DNA of 32,000 nucleotides, taken from positions 6,420,001 to 6,452,000 of the forward strand of contig NZ_CP074694.1 of the NCBI RefSeq assembly GCF_018398935.1. The letters are read 5' to 3'. Shown in pieces: positions 24,894-32,000 of this stretch (position 1 is the first letter of the stretch; each line of letters starts with the position of its first letter). This DNA is from Telmatocola sphagniphila. GTDB lineage: Bacteria; Planctomycetota; Planctomycetia; Gemmatales; Gemmataceae. The translations under genes and the position numbers were made by a program. The notes beneath the pieces are model-generated. The model ran no database searches. It was not told the origin of the DNA and saw only the letters and a program-made list of their open reading frames with translations.

Positions 24894-25571
24894 TTACTCG
24901 GTTCCCTCCTCTTTCAACTCGGGGAAAACTTCCGCGGGCAGGCCGGCGGCTTTCATCTGCTCCGTGAGCTTTTTGACCGCCGCGAAGCGATAATTGGCCA
25001 CCTGTTGCTCGCTGATTTGAAGGAATTTGGCCACATCCCGATTCTGCCAGCCCTTCACGAACAGCAACTCCAGGGCTTGCATCCGGCCATATTCCCCTTT
25101 GTCGATCAGGCCCTGAATCATTTGCTTCAGGGAACGGGCCAGGGCGTTGGTTTCGATCTCGACGCGTTCCCGGCTCCGGGCCAGACTGCTGGCCTTGCGC
25201 TGTGTTTCATCGGTTTGCTCGGCCAGTCGCTCCTCGGCGGTCTCCCCGGTCTGTACCGGTTTCCGGCCCATGCGTCGCAACTGGTCGGTAATCTTGTAGG
25301 AAGCGATCGTGAACAAATAGGTTTGCAATTCACGATTATCGTCGAAGTTGGCGAGACTATTCAAAAAGCCGATGAAAGTTTCCTGCACTACATCTTCGGC
25401 GGTAGCCCGATCCCGCAGCCGACGAATGGCGAAGGCCAACAGTCGGCCTTCGTACTTTTGGATCAACTGTTCCCAGGCCTGGGTCTCGCCCTTACGGATT
25501 TGCTTGATCAGTAATTTGTCGGCTTCGGAAGACATCGGGAGATTCCAGGGGATTCTGCTCTCTGCTTCCAT
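24894..25571 (-). CDS. ECF-type RNA polymerase sigma factor (sigma-70 regions 2 and 4 with a long linker)
   Basis: 225 aa. Region 2 reads AWEQLIQKYEGRLLAFAIRRLRDRATAEDVVQETFIGFL...YLFTIASYKITDQLRR. Region 4 HTH reads RDVAKFLQISEQQVANYRFAAVKKL. A charged linker of roughly 60 aa separates them. The start lies 1 nt after the upstream stop. Confidence 0.85.
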   Translation of the reverse strand: MEAESRIPWNLPMSSEADKLLIKQIRKGETQAWEQLIQKYEGRLLAFAIRRLRDRATAEDVVQETFIGFLNSLANFDDNRELQTYLFTIASYKITDQLRRMGRKPVQTGETAEERLAEQTDETQRKASSLARSRERVEIETNALARSLKQMIQGLIDKGEYGRMQALELLFVKGWQNRDVAKFLQISEQQVANYRFAAVKKLTEQMKAAGLPAEVFPELKEEGTE

Positions 25572-25572
25572 T

Positions 25573-26166
25573 CTACAAAAACATCAGGACAATAAAGACA
25601 GATATCAACCCGGCCGAGCCGACTACCAGCCAAGTCGTCAAATACCCTTTGGTCCACTCATCGAGCCGAAAGAAAGCCCCGATCACCAAAAGGGCGGCCA
25701 CCGAACACCCTAGCGCCCACAATCCACTCACTACCCGGCCGGCCTTTCGGAACTGCTGTTCCATACTTTGCGGCATTTCGAGCTGCAGTTCCACGGTATA
25801 GAAGTATCCCAGATCGGATCTCTTGCCGTTCGTTTCGCCCGGGCTATTGCTCGAAGGAAACGGTTCCTCATGCGGAATAGTGTTCTTCAGCATATTCTGC
25901 CGGATGAAATCGATTGAAGGAGTGTAGGCACAGCAGTGTTCCTTCTGATGCAGATAATTGGAGATAAACGCTTGTGCATCCTCCAGACCGGCTTCGAGAG
26001 CCTCTTCCCGGTTCGCTTTTGGAGACTTGGTCCGGACGACGAAGGTCACCGTACCATCGTTGGTTTTTTTGACATCCTTCTCGGTATCCAGATCGGCCGC
26101 TTGGGAAGTCGGCGCGAACTGCACGATCAGGAAGGTCGATAGTAATGCCGCCAGTATATATTTCAT
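25573..26166 (-). CDS. Hypothetical exported/membrane protein (signal peptide plus two C-terminal TM helices)
   Basis: 197 aa. The signal peptide is MKYILAALLSTFLIVQFAPTSQA/AD. The soluble middle has no family I recognise. Two C-terminal hydrophobic helices are present (VVSGLWALGCSVAALLVIGAFF and YLTTWLVVGSAGLISVFIVLMFL). The gene sits between the kinase and the ECF sigma gene. Confidence 0.6.
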   Translation of the reverse strand: MKYILAALLSTFLIVQFAPTSQAADLDTEKDVKKTNDGTVTFVVRTKSPKANREEALEAGLEDAQAFISNYLHQKEHCCAYTPSIDFIRQNMLKNTIPHEEPFPSSNSPGETNGKRSDLGYFYTVELQLEMPQSMEQQFRKAGRVVSGLWALGCSVAALLVIGAFFRLDEWTKGYLTTWLVVGSAGLISVFIVLMFL

Positions 26167-26211
26167 CGGGATATCTCGTGGACCGGTAGGGATCTTCCAC
26201 CGGTGCTACCT

Positions 26212-27789
26212 TTAGGTATTTCGAAGTCGAATTTTCTTGGGACGAGCCGGGGGCTTCTCGCTCCACGGACTCACCAGTTGAATCACCCCGGCCGCAGTCG
26301 CCAGACTAATCAGGGCCTGCTCTGTCGCGATCGGATACTTGAACTCCCCTTTCAGGACAACCGAAATCAGGAAGGTGATGAAACCGGTCCCGACAATCGG
26401 CCAGATACTGAACTTATCTTCCCGGTAGCGTTCGCCGAAGGAGTACCATCGCATCAGGAACAGCGAGGCGGTAAAGAAGACGATTTCTCCGATGAACAAG
26501 TTATCCTTGTCGAATTTCCAGTGATTCTTGCCAAAGGTGGGTAAGTGCTGTGCACCCGTTGCGCTCAACAGGAAGTTCGGTATCGTCACCCCATCCAGCC
26601 AGGCCGCGAATACACCCAGACCCACGCCCAGCAGCGCCATCTGCAATCGTTTGTAGCCAATTTTCTTGCGATTATCCCAAATTTTTGTCGGCACCAGAAC
26701 GGACCAGCTCACGGCGATAGTCATCAGATAAATCGAGCCTAACGTCGGCCAATCCAGCGAACCCGAGTAGACCGCCCAAACCAGCACGGCGGCCAAAGCG
26801 GGAACCGGCGCGAGAGCCATGGAAGTGGCCAGTTCGCTGACTTTGCCGCGCCAGGTCTTCGATTTGGCGGGCACATCGAGAGTGTAGGGGTCGCTCGCCA
26901 ATGTACCCGGGTTGGGCAATGGCGGCTTGGGTAGTGGAGGTGGGACCGGAATCGTTGGCACATAGGCCACGGTATCGGTCATCGAGGGCTTGGCCGACGA
27001 GGAGGGATTCAGACTTTCCACTGCCGTGATCATCTCGCCCATATCTCGGAAGCGGCGGGCTGCATTTTTATCGAGTGCCTTTTCGAGAATGGTTCGATAG
27101 CCGCTGGAAACCCGTTCGAGCTTCGGCAGGTCGGTCTGATGCTTGATGGCGATCTCCGCCCAGCTTTCGCCTTTGAACGGCACTTCACCTGTCAGCATTT
27201 CGTAAAGCATCACGCCACAGGCATAGATGTCAATTTGCTTGGAGTAGTTACCGCTGGCGATTTCGGGAGCCATGTAATGAATGGTTCCCACGTTGCTCGA
27301 TTGGGCCAGCTGCGATGAACCGACCGATTTGCTGAGACCGTAGTCGCCGAGCTTGACCATCCCATTTTCGATGAAGATGTTGCTCGGCTTGATGTCCCGG
27401 TGCACCACGGCGTGATCGTGCAGATAAGCCACCGAGCGGGCCGCTTGCAGGAACAGTTCCCGGGCCTGCGTTTCGGGCAGGCCGCGCGGGTTGCGATTCA
27501 AAAGACTGCTCAGGGGCTCGCCGTGGATGTATTCCATCACCAGCCAGCGGTCTCCCTGGGAGTCGGTTCGTAAATCGTACAGGTGAACCAGATGAGGATG
27601 CTTCAGATTGAGGCAGTTGGCAATGCCGCGGAGTTCGGTATCGGAATGCCCGCGAATGAGCTTGAGGGCGACTTCTTTGCCCCCATCGCTGACCGCGAAG
27701 TAGACCTCTCCGAAGCCTCCTTGGCCCAGACCGCGTTTAATGGTGAAGCCGTCGAGTGGCTTCTGCCCCCAACGGTATGTAAATTTCAT
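26212..27789 (-). CDS. Hanks-type Ser/Thr protein kinase with Pro-rich linker and polytopic (about 6 TM) C-terminal membrane domain
   Basis: 525 aa. Motifs are the G-loop LGQGGFGEVY, VALK, the catalytic loop HRDIKPSNIF, DYG (a DFG variant) and YMAPE. The linker is PVPPPLPKPPLPNPG. About six hydrophobic helices follow. GGGAG lies 8 nt upstream of the ATG. Confidence 0.92.
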   Translation of the reverse strand: MKFTYRWGQKPLDGFTIKRGLGQGGFGEVYFAVSDGGKEVALKLIRGHSDTELRGIANCLNLKHPHLVHLYDLRTDSQGDRWLVMEYIHGEPLSSLLNRNPRGLPETQARELFLQAARSVAYLHDHAVVHRDIKPSNIFIENGMVKLGDYGLSKSVGSSQLAQSSNVGTIHYMAPEIASGNYSKQIDIYACGVMLYEMLTGEVPFKGESWAEIAIKHQTDLPKLERVSSGYRTILEKALDKNAARRFRDMGEMITAVESLNPSSSAKPSMTDTVAYVPTIPVPPPLPKPPLPNPGTLASDPYTLDVPAKSKTWRGKVSELATSMALAPVPALAAVLVWAVYSGSLDWPTLGSIYLMTIAVSWSVLVPTKIWDNRKKIGYKRLQMALLGVGLGVFAAWLDGVTIPNFLLSATGAQHLPTFGKNHWKFDKDNLFIGEIVFFTASLFLMRWYSFGERYREDKFSIWPIVGTGFITFLISVVLKGEFKYPIATEQALISLATAAGVIQLVSPWSEKPPARPKKIRLRNT

Positions 27790-28327
27790 GCGCGAATCTC
27801 CCTGGAGTCGGGTGGTTATTCGCCGCCCAATTAGAACTATTTGAATTTTATGAGTTTCCTAAATCCGCCTGAACCAGAAAAGTCTTTTCGTCCGGGAAAT
27901 AGCTAAGCGAAATTTTGTCAGTTAAATAACTTAAAGGCCATCACGACTTCTTCCCGGGACGGAGCTTGCAGGTGCCGCTGCGAAAGTGAGAAAACTCAAG
28001 AATTCCTGGGGAATTTGATAAATCTGGGAGGGAATTTTGCCCGGGAACTTCCTGAAAGGTCATCAGATCATCATTTTTCACCTAGTGGAACAACGAATTT
28101 GATGGCCTTCCAGGCAGAAAAACTGCGGTTTTCCTAAAGGAAAAAGGAGTTTCCCTCATCTCGAATTTTCCATACTGTTTTGCTCCTCGTTTCACTCGAA
28201 TGAACGCCGTCTCCCACACGACAAGTCTAATCGCGGGCGGAAAAACGGCCCTCGACGCACCCCGTATTATAATCGATAAGCTGGCCGTAGTGCCATCTGA
28301 GTAGTCGGCGGAATTAGGAGCCTGGCG

Positions 28328-28346
28328 AACCTCGGCCGAGGTTTTT
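28328..28346 (+). promoter_or_regulatory. Hairpin plus T-tract (terminator/attenuator-like) inside the long metK upstream region
   Basis: AACCTCGG/CCGAGGTT is a palindromic stem whose central GGCC would form the loop. It runs into TTTTT (28342-28346), about 130 nt upstream of the metK GTG. A TATAAT hexamer lies at 28268-28273. Confidence 0.35.
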
Positions 28347-28474
28347 CGACCGATCGACTTGAACGCCACTCCGTCACTTCGGGAGAAATCTATTCCAATA
28401 TTTCCCGTAGTATGAAGAAATCCTATAATTCCGGTTACCAATTAAACTGAAACACTTACCAGAGAACCGCTTCC

Positions 28475-29734
28475 GTGAGTCAGTCGTATCTGTTTACCAG
28501 CGAATCCGTTTCCATGGGCCATCCGGATAAAGTGGCCGATCAGATTTCCGATGCCGTGCTCGATTTTTGTCTGAAGCACGACGCACGCAGCCGTGTGGCC
28601 TGCGAAACTCTCGTGACCACGGATTTAGCGGTCATTGCGGGCGAAATCACCACCAAAGCCCCGTTGACCCGCCGGGCGGTCGATGCCCTGGTTCGCGATG
28701 TCGTGGCCGGGATCGGTTATGTGGCCAAGAACGAAGAAGAACGCGAAGAAATCGGCTTCACGGCCGATGCGATTCAGGTCGATTGCCGAATTCACTCGCA
28801 GTCGCCGCACATTAGCCAAGGGGTGGACGTTGGCGGCGCCGGCGACCAGGGGATGATGTTCGGCTTCGCTTGCGACGAAACTCCCACCTTGATGCCACTG
28901 CCGATCGACCTGTCCCACCGGTTGGTGGAACGGCACGCCAAGTTGCGGCAGGATGGTACGCTCGGCTGGCTGCGGCCCGACGCCAAGAGCCAGGTGACCG
29001 TGGAATACAACGCCGATGGCACGCCGTCACGCATTCACACCATCGTTCTTTCCACCCAGCACGATCGCTCGGTGATGGCCAAGGATCGCGCTGACTTTTT
29101 CACTGATGAGGCCCGGCAGCTGGTCATCGACAAGATCATTCATCCCGTGCTGAATGCCGACCGACCTGACCTGGTTAAAGGCAAGCTGGTGATGATTCCT
29201 CCGGGGAAAGAAGCCCCCAAGCTGGCACCGGGCGATATTGCCTGTCACATCAACCCGACCGGCTGCTTCCTCACCGGTGGCCCGCACGGCGACTGCGGTT
29301 TGACTGGCCGGAAAATCATCGTCGATACCTACGGTGGTCGTGGCCGGCATGGTGGCGGGGCGTTCAGCGGTAAGGACCCCACCAAGGTGGACCGCAGTGC
29401 GGCCTACATGTGCCGGTATATCGCCAAGAACATTGTGAAGTCCGGTTTGGCCAAGCAGTGCGAAGTGCAGTTGAGCTACGCGATCGGTTTCCCCGATCCT
29501 TTGAATATTTGGGTGAATACCAATGGTACGGTGGCCGCGGGGGTCAGCGAAGCGAAACTGGTGGAACTGATCCGCAAACATTTCCGGTTGACTCCGGCCG
29601 GGATCATTGAGACGTTGAATCTTCGCCGACCGATCTATCAGGAATCGGCTCGTCATGGTCACTTCGGTCGGGAATTGCCCGATTTCTCGTGGGAAAAGAC
29701 CGATAAGGCCGCGGCTTTGAAGGCGGATGCTTAA
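28475..29734 (+). CDS. metK: S-adenosylmethionine synthetase
   Basis: 419 aa with a GTG start. The N-terminus [25 protein letters not shown] aligns with E. coli MetK. Further motifs are [12 protein letters not shown], the [19 protein letters not shown] loop and DTYGG. Confidence 0.96.
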   Translation: MSQSYLFTSESVSMGHPDKVADQISDAVLDFCLKHDARSRVACETLVTTDLAVIAGEITTKAPLTRRAVDALVRDVVAGIGYVAKNEEEREEIGFTADAIQVDCRIHSQSPHISQGVDVGGAGDQGMMFGFACDETPTLMPLPIDLSHRLVERHAKLRQDGTLGWLRPDAKSQVTVEYNADGTPSRIHTIVLSTQHDRSVMAKDRADFFTDEARQLVIDKIIHPVLNADRPDLVKGKLVMIPPGKEAPKLAPGDIACHINPTGCFLTGGPHGDCGLTGRKIIVDTYGGRGRHGGGAFSGKDPTKVDRSAAYMCRYIAKNIVKSGLAKQCEVQLSYAIGFPDPLNIWVNTNGTVAAGVSEAKLVELIRKHFRLTPAGIIETLNLRRPIYQESARHGHFGRELPDFSWEKTDKAAALKADA

Positions 29735-29765
29735 GCGAATAGCGGATCAAAATCTGATATTCATG

Positions 29766-29801
29766 AAACGCCAGAAGAGGAATCTTCTCGGCGTTTTTTT
29801 T
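29766..29801 (+). terminator. Intrinsic terminator after metK
   Basis: AAACGCCAGAAGA...TCTTCTCGGCGTT is a hairpin with one bulged base. It is followed by eight T (29794-29801), 32 nt after the metK stop. Confidence 0.8.
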
Positions 29802-29828
29802 GGCTTAGCTTCCCGGGAAAGCATTTAA

Positions 29829-29855
29829 CCGCAGAGCACGCAGAGGGCGCAGAGG
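29829..29855. repeat. Three tandem 9-nt units CGCAGAGCA / CGCAGAGGG / CGCAGAGGA running into a purine tract
   Basis: Read directly from the sequence. The core CGCAGAG is repeated at exact 9-nt spacing and is followed by GAGAGAAGAGAAACCAAGGAA. Confidence 0.6.
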
Positions 29856-29980
29856 AGAGAGAAGAGAAACCAAGGAACACTTTAAGAGGGACAACTGTCA
29901 CGCGCAGGACTCTTTACCGGCCCTATTCTCAAGTTCATCGAAGAGATCAATTTATTCTCTACTTCAGACTTATTCTTAAA

Positions 29981-30526
29981 TCACTCCTTCGAAATCTCAA
30001 AGTATCCATAATCGTGCGGAAGACTCGAGATATATCCTCCCACTATAAGAGTTCGATGCTTGCTGATCAGTGCCACATATTCGACGATCTGATTGCCAGC
30101 AACTCCCTTGAATTTCATCTTGCCGCCACTGCCGCCGTTATTGATTTTGTTCGTGGATATGCCAGCTGAAGTTGGAGAATCCGGACTAAAGTGACCCTGG
30201 AATTCCATCTTCACAAACTGGCCTGTTTTCCACGTACTATAAATTGGGTAGTAAACATAAGCTTCGGCGGTGAAATCTTCATTTTCAGGTAGCGGATCGG
30301 GAAGTTGAACTATGAGATTCCCAGAAAAGCCAGCATACTGATGCGTTTTCCAGATACCCGACCAATTGACCTGAAAAGATTTCGGAGTGTGCGATACGAA
30401 CCAGAAGTGATCCGCCGTCATGAGGACGATGTAGCTGATTAAGGCAGCGGGCAAAAGCCAAAGCAATAGCTTTTTGGAGATGATTCTTCGGAGCAAACTT
30501 TTCTTCGGACTTACTGTCGCTTCCAT
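29981..30526 (-). CDS. Hypothetical membrane-anchored protein
   Basis: 181-aa ORF in the AT-richer segment. It has one N-terminal TM helix (LLLWLLPAALISYIVLMTA) followed by a beta-rich-looking soluble part. I recognise no family. Confidence 0.5.
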   Translation of the reverse strand: MEATVSPKKSLLRRIISKKLLLWLLPAALISYIVLMTADHFWFVSHTPKSFQVNWSGIWKTHQYAGFSGNLIVQLPDPLPENEDFTAEAYVYYPIYSTWKTGQFVKMEFQGHFSPDSPTSAGISTNKINNGGSGGKMKFKGVAGNQIVEYVALISKHRTLIVGGYISSLPHDYGYFEISKE

Positions 30527-30852
30527 GATGATCCCTCTGAAAAAAACTCTGGCTATATTTCATAAGTATCTCCTGGATCTTGCTTCCGGCCTTCTCTCAT
30601 TCGGAATTCATTTCGCTTTCAAAGCAGTTCGAGATAGGGCTGTCCAGAAGTCAACAATAGCAAAGTTTATTTCCGGCGATTTGCATCGAAATTTCGAACT
30701 AGGAAATACACTCGTGAAATCGGAATCGCTTCTATTTTCATATCAACGAAGCCGGAGATACAGATTGGCGAGTTCAAAGCTCTCCTGGTGAAAATGTCTG
30801 GATTTTAAGAGTTTTTTATATGTTTTCCTAATTCGTCTGTCGGGTTTATGAA

Positions 30853-31080
30853 TCACGAAAGGCAAATTAATCCCAGTCGTTGGATACGCCAATCTTCAGA
30901 CTCCATGCACTGAAATGCCGTGTGATTGTCGGCTTTCGCTTGGTCAGCGAGTTCTTTAAACTCTGAACCAAAGTCGTTGCTAAAGGATTCAAATTCATCC
31001 GAGAGTAATTTGTCGCAACGTTCGATCAGCTCATCGCCTTTTTTAATCAGGGATTGGGCTAATTCCAGATAGTTCATCAA
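30853..31080 (-). CDS. Hypothetical small acidic helical protein
   Basis: 75-aa ORF with an ATG start and helical, acidic composition (DELIERCDKLLSDEFESFSNDFGSEFKELADQAKAD). No recognised family. Coding status is uncertain. Confidence 0.35.
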   Translation of the reverse strand: MMNYLELAQSLIKKGDELIERCDKLLSDEFESFSNDFGSEFKELADQAKADNHTAFQCMESEDWRIQRLGLICLS

Positions 31081-31170
31081 GTTTGCCCTAGAGACCGGAT
31101 TTAAGAATTGGACTCCAGCAATAGTGGATTATACTATCCTACTATTGAGTTATTTTGTTTGGTTTCAGAC

Positions 31171-31569
31171 TCAGATAAACCTCATCTGTGCTCTTTTTGC
31201 AATCTCCAAAGCCTTCATTTTCTGCGAGGCTTTTTCTGCCGGCCATTCTATCGCATCCGCATGATTCGGGTTGTCTGCCAATGGTATGGCTTCGACCTTC
31301 AGGGACTGTTCGAGAAATGCTGAGCACGTAACGTCGGCTCGCCCATACAAGGTTAATTTGCGAATAGCAGCCACTCGCTCGCCTTCCCGCCAAAGTTCTT
31401 CAATGGTCGCTTCCCGATGACGAGTTAGAGAGAGTTCCACGCGAGGGTGCGGCATGAAAGCGTCCGGCTTCACGGTCTGATCCGATTTGCGAAAATGGCT
31501 GGAAGACAAAATATAACGAGCCAGTATTTCTACCGAATCGACCGGTGGGACCTGAGCGGGGTCAAACAT
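31171..31569 (-). CDS. Hypothetical protein (downstream member of a tightly coupled gene pair)
   Basis: 132-aa ORF with an ATG start 2 nt after the upstream stop. Motif-like blocks are VKPDAFMPHP..ELSLTRH, LYGRADV and NPNHADAIEWPAEK. There is no TM helix or signal peptide. I cannot name a family. Confidence 0.55.
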   Translation of the reverse strand: MFDPAQVPPVDSVEILARYILSSSHFRKSDQTVKPDAFMPHPRVELSLTRHREATIEELWREGERVAAIRKLTLYGRADVTCSAFLEQSLKVEAIPLADNPNHADAIEWPAEKASQKMKALEIAKRAQMRFI

Positions 31570-31571
31570 GA

Positions 31572-31976
31572 TTACAGGTCTCGGATCAGTTTAATCAAAT
31601 ACGCGGGGACTGTTCCAAAAAAGGGCATCGAACCGTAATGTTTATTCGATCCGAAGAGGCCAGCGTAGTGCAACAAACCCGTTGGATCGACACTAACGGA
31701 AACTACTCGCTGCGGGGACTTGTACCATTCCATCGTCAAATGCCCATCGGGCTCCGCACCAATGGACGGGCGTGGGAAAGCCAGGGGAAGGGAACAAATG
31801 AGTTCGTAGGCGAGTACAAAGGAGGACTCCGTGACCGGAACGGCGCCGAAGCCGTCCCAATTCGGCTGCTTGCACCCATCCCAAACTTTCCAGAGTTCGT
31901 CCAGAACTTCGTGATGACCGAGCGTCGAGGAGGTACGCAGCTGGTTTTGACGAAATCGAATACAGGAGTCTATCAC
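31572..31976 (-). CDS. Hypothetical protein (upstream member of the coupled pair); start uncertain
   Basis: 134-aa ORF from the GTG at 31976. The frame stays open to the window end at 32000, so the gene may start outside the window. Motif-like blocks are QPNWDGFGAVPV and PSIGAEPDGHLTMEW. No recognised family. Confidence 0.5.
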   Translation of the reverse strand: MIDSCIRFRQNQLRTSSTLGHHEVLDELWKVWDGCKQPNWDGFGAVPVTESSFVLAYELICSLPLAFPRPSIGAEPDGHLTMEWYKSPQRVVSVSVDPTGLLHYAGLFGSNKHYGSMPFFGTVPAYLIKLIRDL

Positions 31977-32000
31977 AAGCGCGTAATCGACTCGAGGTTG

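Noticed and set aside
28082-28441. 119-aa minus-strand ORF inside the metK upstream region
   Set aside because: It has a TTG start, no ribosome-binding site and no recognisable motif, and its composition looks like translated non-coding DNA. It would also run antisense through the putative metK leader. I treated the region as non-coding, though expression data could revise this.
28250-28474. Known SAM riboswitch (SAM-I/S-box, SAM-II and others) upstream of metK
   Set aside because: I looked for the conserved SAM-I junction sequences and a SAM-II-type pseudoknot near the start codon and found none. Only a generic hairpin plus T-tract is visible, so no riboswitch feature is claimed.
27888-29819. 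CCCGGG-centred palindromes flanking metK (TTCCCGGGAC about 27951, GCCCGGGAAC about 28040, TTCCCGGGAA 29810-29819) as a possible operator motif
   Set aside because: CCCGGG occurs many times elsewhere in the window (for example near 480, 15350, 15371, 17651 and 18776), roughly as expected for this base composition. Only one copy is a perfect 10-mer palindrome. There is not enough evidence for a regulatory motif.
29829-29855. CRISPR array or other long repeat family
   Set aside because: The only tandem repeat seen is three 9-nt units with no spacers. No direct repeats of 20-40 nt with unique spacers, no cas genes and no IS-like terminal inverted repeats were seen anywhere in the window.
30474-30791. 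105-aa plus-strand ORF in the AT-rich spacer, overlapping the start of the 181-aa minus-strand gene
   Set aside because: It has no ribosome-binding site or motif, it overlaps the better-supported minus-strand ORF, and it lies in AT-rich DNA where stop-free stretches of this length can occur. It cannot be excluded, but it is not supportable.

Overview
The window is mostly housekeeping chromosome from a moderately GC-rich bacterium. I tentatively place it in Planctomycetota. That placement is inference only, from four traits: an LE-x-R-x-x-P N-terminal motif on an FG-GAP protein, a Ser/Thr-kinase-linked ECF sigma factor, a detached ribosomal-protein cluster, and long non-coding 5' regions beside convergent genes with no spacer. 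I can support about 33 CDS. On the + strand: dgkA (partial), an NfeD-NfeD-FloA flotillin operon with a proline-rich membrane protein, a YidD-like gene, an alternative sigma-70 factor, rpmJ-rpsM-rpsK-rpsD-rpoA-rplQ (rpmJ is absent from the supplied ORF track), an O-methyltransferase, an FG-GAP/DUF4331 fusion, eda-kdgK-nnrE, holA and metK. On the - strand: apt, a REC-GGDEF regulator, nadC-pepT-nth, gyrB, a Ser/Thr kinase - small exported protein - ECF sigma operon, and four unrecognisable small genes in an AT-richer segment from about 29.8 kb to the window end. I found no rRNA, tRNA, CRISPR array, transposase or integrase. The best candidates for uncharacterised biology are four. (1) The kinase/exported-protein/ECF-sigma operon has no recognisable anti-sigma factor, and the sigma has Thr at the first acidic position of its region 2.2 patch. 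(2) A tightly coupled two-gene module of unknown function sits at the right edge, inside the AT-rich segment. (3) An NfeD protein carries two ClpP-like modules that both appear to lack the catalytic Ser. (4) An FG-GAP propeller is fused to DUF4331. Several structured non-coding elements are visible: an attenuator-like spacer between rpsM and rpsK, and structured regions upstream of rpsD, eda, gyrB and metK. All function calls come from by-eye motif recognition. No database search or folding computation was run.
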